A stretch of 64,000 nt of DNA, from contig NC_134030.1 of assembly GCF_964204645.1 (NCBI RefSeq), positions 3,886,778-3,950,777 of the forward strand, in the 5' to 3' direction. The translations under genes and the position numbers were made by a program. The notes below the pieces were generated by a model, which had not been told where the DNA came from, did not search any database, and saw only the letters and a program-made list of their open reading frames with translations. How positions within the stretch are numbered: position 1 is the stretch's first letter; every line of letters begins with the position of its first letter. This DNA comes from Tubulanus polymorphus. Lineage: Eukaryota > Animalia > Nemertea. Shown piece after piece: positions 48,550 through 62,974 of this stretch.

Positions 48550-50660
48550 TGTCAGATCAACCAGATCAGTTGTACTGAGTTATCTCCCTCAAAGTCAGGA
48601 GCAACGTGACAAAGAGTCACAGTGAAAGTTAACAGTTCCAGAGGAACATCGAGTCATGAGTCTGAACTGACTTTAAATCAGGTATGATATTGAAATTGTA
48701 TAAATCAATTTTCAAAGTCTCAAAATTGAAAATTATTCATATTTTGTGTTTTCTTGTAGCAAATATTGAGAGGTCCACAGAACTGAGTCACCAGAGATGA
48801 GACAATCACCAGCCATCCGTTAGATGAATGTCGCCACTGAGATCAGTGGTACTGATTCATCTCCGTCAAAGTCAGCAAAAAAGTTACAGTCGCAAAGGAA
48901 AGTTAACTGTTCCAGAGGAACGTCGAGTCATTAGTCTGAACTGACTATAAATCAGGTATGATATTGAAATTATAGGGATCAATTTTCAATGTCTCAAAAT
49001 TAAGAGTTATTCATGATTTGTGTTTTCTTGTAGCAAATATTGACGAATAAAGTGTCACCAGAGATGAGACAATCACCAGGCATCAGTTAGATGAATGTCA
49101 CCACTCAGATCAGTAGTAGTGAGTAATCTCCGTCAAAGTAGGGAACAAAGTTACTGAGTCACGAGGAAAGTTAACAGTTCCAACGGAACGTCGAGTCATT
49201 AGTCTGAACTGACTATAAATCAGGTATGTTAAGATACAGATAACATTGATTTCTTGTTTTAGGAAAAGTCCCAAACATTATGATGGTTTGTTACATGTTT
49301 TCTTATAGCAAATCGTTAGACACGCAATACCAGAGGAATGATCAGTCATTGAACAGACTATAAGTCAGTCATAAAAATGAAAAATTACTCATATTTTTTG
49401 TTTTCTTGTAGCAAATGTGGAAAGGTTTACCGCAGAACTGATTGTCACCAGAGATGAGACAATCACCGGGCATCAGTTAGACGAATGTCACCACTGAGAT
49501 CAGTAGTACTGAGTCAACTGCCTCAGTCAAGCTGCAAAGTAGAGTCACAAAGTTAACAGTTGCAAAGGAACGTCGAGTCATTAGTCTGAACTGACTATAA
49601 ATCAGGTATGATATTGAAAATTACATCAATTTTCAAGTCTTACATTCAAAATTATACATATTTTTTGTTTTCCTGTTGTAATAAGGAAATATCTAGAGAT
49701 GGTATGTTACTACAAGATGGAAAAATACCTTCAGGGATTGACATGAATATTATCCCTTAGTTGAAAGGATGAAAGAATGGATGAGTCATGAATCTGAATT
49801 GACTATAAATCAGGTATATATTGTAATAGATAGATTAATTTTATTGATTTAGTGATTGTTGAAAATATCCTTTAAAGTTCGTTGTTTGATTGTCTTGTAG
49901 GTGAAAATATGTGAAACATCTAATTAAACACGATGTTGGCTTTGATATTCAGATGGCAACTGTTGACCATTTGAGAATACCTGCGTTGCTGGAACTTGTA
50001 GAACACTAATGTGTTGCTGGAACTTGTAGAGCACTAATGTGTTGCTGGAACTTGGAACTGTAATGCGTTGCTGGAACTTGGAGAACTCTAATGCGTTGCT
50101 GGACCTTGGAGAACACTAATGTGTTGCTGGAACTTGGAACTGTAATGCGTTGCTGGAACTTGGAGATCTCTAGTGCGTTGCTGGAACTTGAAGAACTCTA
50201 ATGCGTTGCTGGAACTTGTAGAACACTAATGCGTTGCTGGAACTTGGAGAACACTAATGCGTTGCTGGAACTTGAAGAACTCTAATGCGTTGCTGGAACT
50301 TGGAGAACTCGAATGCGTTGCTGGAACTTGGAACTCTAATGCGTTGCTGGAACTTGGAGAACACTTATGTGTTGCTGGAACTTGGAACTCTAATGCGTTG
50401 CTGGAATTTGGAGAACACTAATGCGTAGCTGGAACTTGGAGAACACTAATGTGTTGCTCGGACTTGGAGAACTCGAATGCTTTGCTGGAACTTGGAGAAC
50501 ACTAATGCGTTGCTGGAACTTGGAGAACTCTAATGTGTTGCTCGAACTTGGAGAACTCTAATGCATGTTAAGAATTGGAGAATTATTGTCTGGGTGCAAC
50601 TGACCCTGTATATGAACATGTGTGTTCAATTCGAATTTTATTTTAATTTAAATAAAACAA
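48550..50660 (+). ncRNA. Repeated exon/intron module transcript, copy 2
   Basis: The same donors and acceptors are retained. Confidence 0.5.
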
Positions 50661-53600
50661 GTTAGAATATCTTTGATTGTTTCTAAAGAGTATTTGATGT
50701 TGTTTTGAGGTGGAACTGAAATGCAGCAGTCAGTTCCGTAGTGTGTTTGAATATTGACATAACATGATGACTGACCTTGATTTATTTGTGTTGACTTCTG
50801 TCAGTGTTTGTTAATTACGACTGTTTTAATTCATTTGTTATTGTAAATACATACTTATTTCAATAAAATGGTATGAGGATCTGTAGAGGAGCCGAGTCCT
50901 TGGTGTAGAATAAGTAAAACGAGGTGGTTAGTACTTTATAGGTGTGACTTGTGTATTTGAAGTACCGGTACCGGCACGAGCTTTTAGATTTATTGATTTC
51001 ATGGTGTTTAAATGTTTAAATAAATTATATTGATTTAAAATGGTGTTTGATAATTGGTTGAATGAAGTCTTTGTTTACTTATGTTTACTTATATGATACA
51101 TGTACGTATTGAACTATTGATCACAACTACTGATCTATTCGTGGTTTAGTTGTTCGCTACAAATTGTTTTGTGGTTCTTTTTTCTGTAATCTACAGTAGA
51201 CTCGGCTCTTAACTCGAATCACATTAATCAAGTATAGTATCACATTGACTCGAGCTCTCCCTCCCTCTCTCCTCGACTGACTTGTTCGAATGGATTTTAG
51301 TTAGAACTCGGTCTACTCATGGACATGTAAACTAGTTTAAGTCCAGATTGTATTTACACTTTTATAAAGTGTAATGAGAGATAACTTCAGTAAACTTTCA
51401 CTTCAATTCGTGCCAATCTTGGTCTCAGTTCGTCCCAGTAAGGGTGAGCCGGTTTACTGTAGTGTTTGTCACCTTACCCCAGACCTGCTGGATTACAATC
51501 TTATTTAAAGATGAATATTATAGACAGCAGATTGATACAGTTTTATTTTACAAACAGAAGATGTGTTAGAAATAAACTTATCTAATAGAGGTTCATAGTA
51601 TACTGCGAGATGAGTTGATCCCTACACTGTACAGAGGTGTCCCGGGTTCGAATCCAGTAATAAGTGACGCTGATTCAGAGTGGTCCTGATGCTGAATAGA
51701 AGATGTACAGGGATGTCCTGGGTTCGAACCCAGTAATCATCGACACTGATTCAGAATGGCCCTGATGCTGAATAGGGGATCTATTTAATTGTTTTTGCGA
51801 CCTCGCACAAATCTTAGCGCGCAAAAATTTGTTTTTTCTCGTGGAGGATGAAAAAAATATCCGTATATCCCGATCAGCCACCAGAGTTGTTCTAGAAGAA
51901 CATGGCTGATTATTCCAAGCGAATAACTTTCCTTTTCGACTTGATTAACAACCAACAATCATTACTCACTTAATATTGAATGTAAACATTGCATTAACCT
52001 TGGGATTTACGAACTTGTCGTCGAAGCGTTCGTTATCGCGCAGATAACTTAACAGTACAACATTATTCTGACGACATAAAACTGTCAAACTCGCGAATTA
52101 CGGGACAAAGAAGAATTATGACACGGGATTAATTGTATACAACATACGTCACAGGACGGAATAATACAGCGATATTGTACGTGTCCTTTTATTCATAATT
52201 CATCGTAAACTACTCGCATCCCTTCTCGTATTCAGAAACAAACATTGATTATTATCATATCGACCGGCTTATAAATTGCGACTCTTTCTCCTCTGAGATA
52301 TTATTCCTGTCCCAGTGGCTTAATTTTACAAGACTGTACAAATGCCGATTGTCATCAATCGCCGTCTCGATCGGCACAGTTGTTTCCGGGTCAGCGAACG
52401 CTTAATATTTGGCAAAATCTGTCTCTGGACTCGATTGAAAACTCGAAAAGAAAATAATTATTAGTGAAAATTGTCACATCGACGCAAAATTTGAATTTAT
52501 CGGTTCGGAAACATCGTAATCTGGCTTTTATGACTCGAAACTATCTACTAGTCTTAATAAACATATATCATTTAATGCCCCCCGATGAAAAAAGCCGCTC
52601 TCCGGCCGAATAAAGCAATTTGCTACAGTGCGACGAGCTGCTCAATTTGGCGACAGGATTATCGACAACTCGTCTCAAATCATGGGAAGCAATATTTCCC
52701 TGAGGAGTATACGATCAACTGACAGCGTTCTCATTTCAGCATAGTGATCCGTTTAAAACGTATAATATCGTTAGCTACTTCTACGATACATACGCTAATT
52801 ATATACTTAATGCTTTCGATCATATTGAATTCCATCTGTCAAGACGAACAACGAAACAATTAAAACGGCTTTCACAATATGTTGACGTGTTAGAAAAATA
52901 AAGAACCGAACGATATTTTGTGATGATCTGGTTTTCAGAAATCAAGAGAAGATATTTCGCAATTAACACAGTTTTCTAAAAACAGATATCATCCCTATAA
53001 ACTACAAGTTTATTAGCGATGAGATTTCATATCAAAATCTGCAATAAAAAATCCAGGCCAAATATATATACCCGATACGGGTGGATAAGAGTACATACAT
53101 TTCCCATGATATTGTACTTGGGGGGAAATGTAGGCTACGTCGAGAGCGTGTCCATTTTATAGGAACGGTCGTATCTGAATCTGTCCATATGATGGTATTA
53201 TAGCCTAACGAAAATGACTGATTGCTGCTGAATTAAACTTTCGGGTTTAAATGTGACACTGGCCTATAAAACTCGCCCTGAATTATAGTAAATGAAATCC
53301 GTCTGTCAGAGACACATGTAATCATCAACCCGAGTACAACATTGTCTCTATTTGAATTGTATTTCCCGCAGAAATCAATTCCTAGATCCGATTATCAGAT
53401 TGTTAATGAGCTATGAATATTATATTGGAAGGGTTGCGTTGCCATTTCACTCGCGTTTATAGTGTTATATCATCGTATGTCGGGATTGATTTCCGAACTG
53501 GGTTTGATGCGGCCTTCTTGTAAAGCACCTCTCACACGGTCCATAAATTGGGTGGAGGGAAGAAAATCACATTTTAAGTACATCCAAATTTTATTTCAAC

Positions 53601-54602
53601 GTCAAATTCCATGGGTTACATATCATTCAATTAAAGAAACAACGCATAAATGATATAGACGACAGACTTGGCTCGTATTGTAACTTCATTGTTTCTTTTT
53701 GAATTCTATGATCAATCCCGATTGATAGGTTACCTCGAAAATCAGGTTTTTTACATTGAGTTCGGAGATGTTTAAGCATTCTCCGATAGCAGATGAGAAC
53801 TCCATCGACTGTTCTAGATTACTCGCGTGCCACAGTATGAAAGTCGAACTACCGAGTTAGTTCACAAATTCACTTCTTGATTTGCATAGGGGCACCACCC
53901 GACAATAGATAAAGACTACTCGCAGGAATCACAGAGGCCTGACACAAAAGGTATACTCGAGTGGGGGCCACCACTGGGTTTACTCACTCACAATACGGGG
54001 CTGTTGTTTTTTGTCCCTTCAAAGTAGAAATTATACCCTCCGAAACTTTATCATCTGGAGGATTCTTAAACATTTCTGTCGGACCAAAATTCGTGTTTCA
54101 ACATGGGTCAGTTCACACCATCTATTTTCCTAAATTTTAGAGATCAACTAAATCATTTCACATAACAATTAATATCATGAATTAGGCCTACCCCTCATTA
54201 CAATCTGAAATATAAAAAAAGAAACACTCGAGGCGAGCTATCTAGTCCCGTTAAGAAAAAAAATTGCCAGCCAAATGTATAGTTTATTTTAGCGGGATTC
54301 GAAACTGCGACCTCCAGCAATAAGCAGGGGAAGCTAACAAGGCAAGCGTGCTAACCACTGGGCCATAGATCTCAGGTAATCTGTCCGCATTGTAAGTTTG
54401 CCTGCTATGTGATTTTGTATGTCTCTGCTTAAAATCGACAATTTTCAAAGTAAATCGTAGACAGTTTTTAAACGGATGAGTTAACCGGGGTAAACTTAAG
54501 ACACACCACGATGAGCATTAATTGAATTTGCGTGGTTTCGAACCAAATGAAATTTTTATGTGGTATTGATGAGGTTCGAATCCCATCAGGAAAGGATTTT
54601 CT

Positions 54603-54713
54603 TGACGTGGCGGGAATATTAGTACTTTTCATTGGTCAGGATCAGTGACGTCACACTGTCAGTATAAATACTCAGGTCAGCTGATCCCTCCTTCCAGTTC
54701 GGCCATCTTTCAG
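54603..54713 (+). promoter_or_regulatory. Same Pol II promoter and exon 1, copy 2
   Basis: Identical motif set at +34110; donor at 54714. Confidence 0.8.
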
Positions 54714-55451
54714 GTAAGCAAACGTCGTCCATTTTATTTATTTCTTTCGATCAAATCTATTTATTAATCTTACTTCTAAATTTCATACATAGACCTTAGG
54801 TTTCGCATACGGTTTTGTTTAAGACAATTTCAAAAGTTCCGAAAGTTCGGATTATATCATATACGTGTTTAATTATGACATTTCCATTGTGATGTTCTTT
54901 TTGCTCAAAATTGTCCAAATCGTATTTTTAATATTTAGAAGTAAATTACAACATTTGACTTTCATTTTCGTTCTCGTAAAAATGAAGACGTTATTGTGAT
55001 TTTATTGAGGAATTTTATTTAATTTATTTATGAAATTTTCGGAAGCAGTTATTCTGCTGTTCAAATCTACGCGCTAATGCGGCTAGTTGACATGCCTAGG
55101 TGTAATACACAGACCGCTCAGTCTATTCAACCATGACTCGAATCCATAGAAACCTTTTATTCGAAGCGTCGTTCAACTTAATTCTGGTGGCTTCTATATT
55201 TAATATTTAGAAAATAATGATGCCCAATAATTTAATGTTATTATTATCTAATGCAAACTCGAGTTAGCTATTTCTTAGAATCAATAATTTTCGATTTTCT
55301 TGATTTTTATAACATTATTGTTTTTACATTGCAGCAGCAGCAGCAGCAGTGACAGCAGCAGTACAAGACAAACATTGATACCAGCAAATTTATTACAACT
55401 TCAACTTAAACTTTAAACGAATTCAACTTCTACTTCAGCAGCAACACGACC

Positions 55452-55551
55452 ATGTCTTCAAAATATGACATTTTTTCCGGATTGATAAAGGTAGTGCGCG
55501 CCGAGGTCCTGACACTCGACCCTGTATCCCTCGGCGCGTTTTGTGATTTGA
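55452..55551 (+). CDS. Coding exon 2, copy 2
   Basis: Same ATG and GTAAGT donor (55552); one L>I change. Confidence 0.7.
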
Positions 55552-56899
55552 GTAAGTACAAACTCTACTTCATCAAATTCTCGATTATTTTTAGTGACAA
55601 GCATCTAAAATTATTTGATTTCCAACATCTGAAATTGTTTGATCTCAAATTCACAATTATTTTATCTCAAATCTCCACATTATTGGATACTAAATTTCAA
55701 ATTGTCTCAATCTTCTATCATCAAATGTCAATTTCTTTCAATCCACTTTTTAATTTCGGAAAACTCAATTTATGTCTCACACTGATTTCATTTCAATTTA
55801 TTTTGAAAATATAATTTTATGTTTCTAGTCTTTTATTCTTTTTCAAGTTACTCAACTTAAACTCAATTTAATTTGCTAATGATTCTAATGGTGAATAATT
55901 GATTAATTTGAATTGAATTGAATAAAATAGTGAGTAGAGGTTCTGGTGGATGAGAATGAACTTGAGGAAGTAACTTCATTTCCTGGTTCCTGGTTTTCAA
56001 ATATCGTCGAAATTGTGAAATATTCATCAAGTTTCTCATATGCAATGCTGTATCCAGTCAATAGAGATAAGTTACAACATAAACAGTTTAAACTGGCTAG
56101 GCCTCCAGACCAATGCACTTCATGGAAAATCCTGATTTATATGTTTAATAAATCAAGTAACTGGACTGCGCGGTTCAGTCCATTTTAGTCAGTAAGCAGA
56201 CTGCAGTTTAGTCCATATTTTAATCAGTAACTGGACTGCGGTGTAGTCCATATTTTAGTCTATAACTGGACTGCGCTGTAGTCCATCGTTTAGTCAATAA
56301 CTGGACTGCGGTTTTGTCGATAGTTTAGTCAATAACTAGACTGCAGTTTAGACTGCTGTTCAGGAACCGGACAGCTGTTTAGTCCGTATCCAGATACCCG
56401 TCACATTATGGGACCAACTTTTTAGATACCGCTAAAAAGTAACACTAGTATTTACGGTACTTTCGTTTTTCTCTGCGACTCCAGGATCCAACAACATGTG
56501 ATTTTCTTTTTATTAATCATTGATCAAACGTCAGGAAATTCAGGATCACTTTTTTAATTAATTGGTTAAACTTCGTTCTTCGTATCTCTAGGTAGTTGCT
56601 CGCGACAGTTTGAGATCCCGAGATTATGGCTGGAAGGAGGTATATCTCACGACTGCTATCATGAGCTTATCTGCGAACTAGTCTCAAGTCGCACCCACTC
56701 AATGTTTATTTTAGATCTAAACTAGGATATGATGTTTGATACGAATGTCTTTCACTAGCTCGGCTCATAGTCCGAATCTTCATCGTCTATTTGTTGGCGA
56801 ATCCTAAATATTGCGGCCTTGCGGTAAATAGAGTTTAAACACGATTTATTTCTAACGGATTCATTATTACAGTCAATGGTTGCCGCCTCGTTCTGAGTC

Positions 56900-58610
56900 A
56901 TTTTAGTTGTGACCTTCCGCAGGACGTGGTTCTTACTTTAACTGAGCAGATCATCCCGTCTGTGCCTACATTTGTTGCTATAATAACGCCCAGCTGCCAT
57001 AGAATTCTTCAATGGTGTATCTGTGAGTTTTTACAAACGCCCAAGATTCCTTGTTTCCTTGTGGACTGCGAGTGACATTAACTACCAGCAGCCATGACAC
57101 GTATCCATCAATGAATCGTCTGCAACATCACTGGTTCAGTTTCAATCATCCTTACGTGCCGTTCGTTTCGTGAAGTTTTGGATCGACTATTTCGTCATTT
57201 TCGTTGTTCTTGTACGGAAGTAGATTGATTTGTGTCGTCAACAGTTGCAGACTGAAGTACTCAGTAATTTCTTGCACAAGTTGAAGTTTTCTGCATCGAT
57301 CATGCAGCAGATGTCTGTTGGCAGGTGTCTGTTGGTAGGTGTCCATATGCAGATGTTTTTTTTTTGCAGTTTCAGCGTGAAATCATTAGCCATCTCTTCA
57401 TTTACTTATAGGAGGTTTACATGTTTGTTATCAGTCAGCATCCCACATTATTAACATCTCGGACCAGTTATCCAGTCCAAATCGATGAATTTCACCAACA
57501 GCACCCCCTAGAAAGAATTTATGCAATATTTTCAGCTGTTTCGAGGTAATTCCAATCAGAAACATTTGTTAACAATTTTATCTTTTCCACTCTATTGTGT
57601 ACGAATCATTTCAATCTTTGTCGACCAAATCCAACATTCATGTTTGAATACATAGATCCATATGTGTCGGTAATTAGCTCGCTATATTCTACTCATTAAC
57701 ATTGCTTGTTATTCTTTCCTCACCTTAAAATTTTCGTTTAATTTTTCGAATCTGCAGTTTTACATCCAGGGTAATATACATGAAGCGGCCGATTACAACT
57801 TCAGGACATGCGTCAGTGAAGATTACAATTTCCGCTTCTTGTTATGGGTCGACAACAAATCGTCTATCCAGTGTTTTCAGTAAGAAATTAACAAGCCAGG
57901 TCCCTTTGAAAAACAGGAGGGTCACATCCTATGTGACAGTCCCTGAAAAAACAGTGGGGTCCTTAAAAAATGACAGACGGGTCTGAGACCCGGACCTGGC
58001 TCTTATCGAAAACACTGCTATCATCCATCGCTTTTTCGTTACTACGTTCGAAGGAATTTCTGATCTTTGTCCATTGGCCCGTTTTTACTCTTCGTCCCTT
58101 TCAATGTTCACTGTCCATTGCTTAATCATAAGGGCTTTCATGGTGCAACGATCCTACTAAGTCCCAAAGGATCAAATATCGATGACCATTTTGACAGAAC
58201 GTTTCCTTTCGTTTCGACGTATCTTTTTTACATGTATGAATCATGATATTACTTTCCATTTCTTTTTGATTGGTTCAGCATCCTGTTGATCGATAAATCA
58301 AGTAGCACTGTTCTTGCGGTGGACCGGTGGTCAACAATTTCTGTCGATTCTTTTTCATAATCCTTATCGCTTGCGGATTCTAGACTAAAGTTTCTTCAAT
58401 TCTCTCGAATATCGTTAAAATTTTCTTGTATGTTTTTTAAAATTCCTCCAGCAACGATTCGAGAACTGTAACTTGTTTTTCGTCGATATCTTCTCTGAGG
58501 AGTGCTCCATTTTTCTCAACATTTTTTCAGATGTTGATAATAAACATTGTTGTTGTTTCTTCAGTTCTGCCCGGATGGCTTCACCTTCAGAGGGCTCACC
58601 CATCCATGAA
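56900..58610 (-). mobile_element. Decayed BEL/Pao retrotransposon, copy 2
   Basis: The same motifs at ~+34100. Confidence 0.88.
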
Positions 58611-61435
58611 AATAATACTAAAAAATACTACTGTTGGTTATGACCAGGAATGAAGTTTTGCAGAGAGATGACGAAGTGACGATGTGCAATCCATTGATTC
58701 TTTACTAAACTGAATTGCTGCTTTATTTCTATATTAAAAACTACAAAAGTATCAGCTTATCATCTCATGGACGGTGTGCGATCGGACGGTGTGAGCGGAA
58801 GTTGCGATTAGCACAGATGTTGCCGCGGGATCCGGATAAGTGCCAGTTACACGCTTATCTCTGTACTGAGGAGAATCATTCACAAAATCGCTACTTTTGG
58901 TTTACAGTTCCAACTTCTCTTTTTGTCAGAACGTCAAAATTCACTTCTTTTTTTACTCTCTTTAGTATTCGTCTGATTGTAATTAGGTCGCACCAACATT
59001 GTGTAGGAAACTCAACATGTAATATGCCATAATTACTATTTATACAGATCAATCTATCCAATATTCTGAATTATTCAGTAAAAATGAATATAGCGAAAAT
59101 CTGACAAGAATATTGCTACTTTTCAGCTGCACCAAAGCATACGGTCCCATACAGTGGTTTAGTCAGTATCCGGACCACAGTTTAGTCAGTATCCGGACCA
59201 CAGTTTAGTCAGTAACGAAACTGTGTGATTCATTTCGTTCTGAGAACAGATTTTATCAAATTTCCTCTAGCTGTTCTTCAGATAGGCCTACCCTTTGACT
59301 AAATGTTTTATTTTCAGAATTCTTTTATAAAAAGTATATCCTCCACCGTTATCCAGGCCTGACATTTATCAAGGTCTATCCTGTTTTACACCTTACAAGT
59401 TCGACAGCGACATTTGATATTGTTTTTTCTGTAAATGGCTGCAGCTGTATTCATAGTGAATTATTCCACTGAATGATTCTATACTTGAATGGTAAGTAGT
59501 GACTTATTTGAAATACTTAATGAATTCATTTGAAAAAGGCCTAAATTCTAAATATCATTAATTGTTCGCGTTTTAACGATGTTTGATTTTTATAGATAAA
59601 AATCTTATTATAATTTGTAGTGAATGGATTTGATTGTATGAAGGTACAGCAGTGGACAGTGTCATGTGAAATGGTTTTTACCCCTGATGGTTGTTTCTGA
59701 AGGTACAGTAGCCGGCAGTGTCATGTGAAATGGTTTTTAACCCTGATGGTTGTTTCTGAGAATAACAGTTGAAGTTTTTCGTTTGATGATGAAAATACAG
59801 AAGAAATATGAATGAAATTTTTGGTGTCATTTTTCTGTTTGTCATGCAATGAAAATGAATTAGACTTACTTAGCAAAAACCATAGGGAAATGTACAGTAC
59901 TCGAAGGAAATATCACAATTTTTGGAACTAAAATTCGGTGAAAATTCATTTTAGAAAAAAATATTTTCAAATGTATCGCATTTTATTGGATTTTTTGCCC
60001 TTAATGATACTGTAGACTTCGCTTAAACTGGTAGACGGTCTATATCTGGTATAATCTGTTCAATTCGATGAAATAAAGATGAAATGTTGTTCTAAATACA
60101 TATGTTTTGCCTTTTATGGTATTGCTCTGTTCGATGATGATAATAATAACAATATTATGCGTCTGATGTAGCCCTAAATCCAGCAGCAGCTCAGAGCGCT
60201 TTACATTTTACGGTTTTATTGCCCCAGCCATTTAATGGTCTGCTGGGGTGAAGTAACATCCGAGCAGCTGCTAGGCGCTCAGGGGTCATCTATCAGGCCA
60301 GGTACCCAATTACTCCTGGGTGCAGAGAGGCAATGAGGATAAGTGTCTTGCCGGGGACACAACAGTAATATACGGGGTTCGAATCCATGACGATCTGGTT
60401 TCCCAGAACGCTTTCCGTATCCCATAAATGTTCACTTCATTTCCGTTTATTCCTAAACCGGTAAATTGTAATGGCTGTTTCCCTATATTATAGAATACAT
60501 TTATGTACTATCAACCTTCTATCTCTGCTAGCAAAAATACATAAAAACATACATACATCTTTATGTATTTTTGCTGCTAGTGATTAGGCCTTATGTTCTA
60601 TTAATGCACATGCATGACTTAAACTGGTCATAGTTTCAATTACTCAAAGAGGACATCACAAGTGAACTGAATCGGAGGAAAATGTTGCGGGATAAAGAAA
60701 CATGAAATGTCCAGTATATTGAAGGACTTGTGTTCGTGTGTAATTAGAGAAAAACCCTCAGAGTGCCCATCATTGTTACTTAAAAGCAGGAAAATCAGTA
60801 GAAACTTTGGAGCTCAATAGAGTGAAAACTGTAAGAGATAAAGCTGGTAATTGAAAAGTTTGTAGGGTATGACCCTTGGATAATTTTGGTGATGATTATT
60901 CTTACTGAAAGTGAAGTCCCATGCAAATGAGCTAATTCGCATAAATCATAATCAGTGACCTATTTATTTGAAAACCCCCTAAATTGCAGGTATCAAAATG
61001 AACAAATCGGGTATCTAGCCTCAGCTAACAGCTGACAATGGAATATTCTATGTCTACAATCAGAAATATATATTTTATGGGTAATTATAATTAGTAAATG
61101 AGCTAATAATTAAATCATGTGACCTCCGGATAAGTACCCGCTACTTTCAAATGCAAAAAAACTCAAATATTTCGAATAGCAACACCATAAAAACGCAGCA
61201 TAAAAACTTACTAATGGGTGCTGCCATTTAATCAAGCCATTTAGCGGCAGGTTTCTCCGCTGAATTCTATGCGACTAAACTGCTATAAGAAATGTCGACG
61301 AAAGTCGACAGGGCACTGAAAAGGTTATAGAAGGAATTTGGGGATTCACTACATGGTCAGATTGTATAAAATACAAAGAAATTGATTATTTTGACCGCTA
61401 TTAGGCTCAATAAAACTTTTGATCAAATAACCTAA

Positions 61436-61790
61436 TGAGATGAAAAATGCTGAGATATCGCACGTGCCCCCTCATCCGAGAAACAACCGTTTGCCGCAGC
61501 CACAACAAAATGTACGCGATCCGCAGCACAATTAATTGCGCGACCCGTGAAATCATATACTGCATCGAATGCACCAAGTGCAACCTGCTGTACGTCGGCC
61601 TAACCGGAATGTCTTTACAAGAACGCGTCACACATCACGTCTCGCGCATCAGAACAAATAATTCGACTCCAGTCGCGGACCACTTCAACCAGGTCGACCA
61701 CACCTACCAACACTTTCGGGTGTATGGTCTCCAACACCTACCAGGCTCGACGAGACCGATCCGCGAAGCAGCCAAACGAGACTGGATATT
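61436..61790 (+). mobile_element. Penelope-like GIY-YIG fragment, copy 2 (in frame, 3'-truncated)
   Basis: RTCPLI...IYCIECTKCNLLYVGLT...RVTHHVSRIRTNNSTPVADHFNQVDHTYQHFRVYGL...KRDWI. Confidence 0.9.
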
Positions 61791-62225
61791 GGTCTTGATT
61801 CGTTTCAATATCAAATCGACACTAATTTTAGATACCAGAAACTAGCGTAGTACCCGTCCACGGATGGATTGTCATAAATGTATTGGATATAGTTATAAAA
61901 TGTACGCTGAAAGATTCCATTATCTGCCTCATTTATGATCTACTATACCGTTGTCTAACAATATGGTTATTACAGATAATGAGAGTGGTAAAATTGTTTT
62001 TACAACAGCGTTAGAGGGTGGCAACCATCTCTTGTAACCAGCGACATGACAAATATGGTTGTTTCCGAACGTTCAACTGGCCCTTCGTTCATTCTTCCAC
62101 CACATCACCTTCCGTTACCTATCAATGAATATCGCCTGCTGCATTATTTTATAGGTTACTTTTTACAGATATGAAAATTATGCGTAATATTCGTGATCCT
62201 TAATGTTTTGTTTTTTTCATTCCAG

Positions 62226-62974
62226 ATTTGGATGTTTTAACAGCAATACAGAAAAACAAGTCTGAAGCAGCCCGCGAAGCTCGTAACATCTTTGGAGCTT
62301 TCGTTAACAGGTGCGTTGACTCCCTTCGCGAGCCTGAGGAGCAAGCTCCTCCATTAGTTATTGTGCCACCTTTTGAGCTTGCTCTTCCGCAGGAGGCGGA
62401 CCCTGCTCCTGTACATCTGGAGCAGGAGGACGCCCCTGCCGTGGGGACCCCGACAGAGGCCCCACCGCTTCAGACGCCCGCACTGCGTCGGTCGCCCCGT
62501 AGAAATAAAAATCCAGATATCAATTATGCAATAGGTTCGGGGCGTCCCAAAACAAAAAAGGGCAAACGTGCGGCTCGTCCTCCTCCACCGAGACAACCAA
62601 ATTTTGAGGAGGAGAGCAGTGATGAGGAGGAATTCGCCACTCCTGGAGCGACATCACCACCAGGGCCCGCAACACCACCACCACCACCACCATCAACTGG
62701 ACCAGCATCAACGATACCACGAATTAGACGAAACAAAAGAAGAATAGAAGAAGAAAATGAAAATAATGAAACACCTAATATTACACCCGCCCAGGCGTCA
62801 ACATCGGGCGCTCCAGTGGGGGCGCCACCCTCCCCCGCTGTTGAGCTTATCGCGCGCGGCCCTGGTTGGTCTAAAAACATTGATTACCACGATCCCATCA
62901 AAATGCTCCGCGATGTTGAAGGGGCCTTTAAAGGAAAATTTCAAATGGTTAAACGTCGGCGAACATCAAAGTAA
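62226..62974 (+). CDS. Terminal coding exon, copy 2
   Basis: Acceptor TTCCAG| at 62225; 749 nt; only 3-nt indels relative to copy 1. Confidence 0.78.
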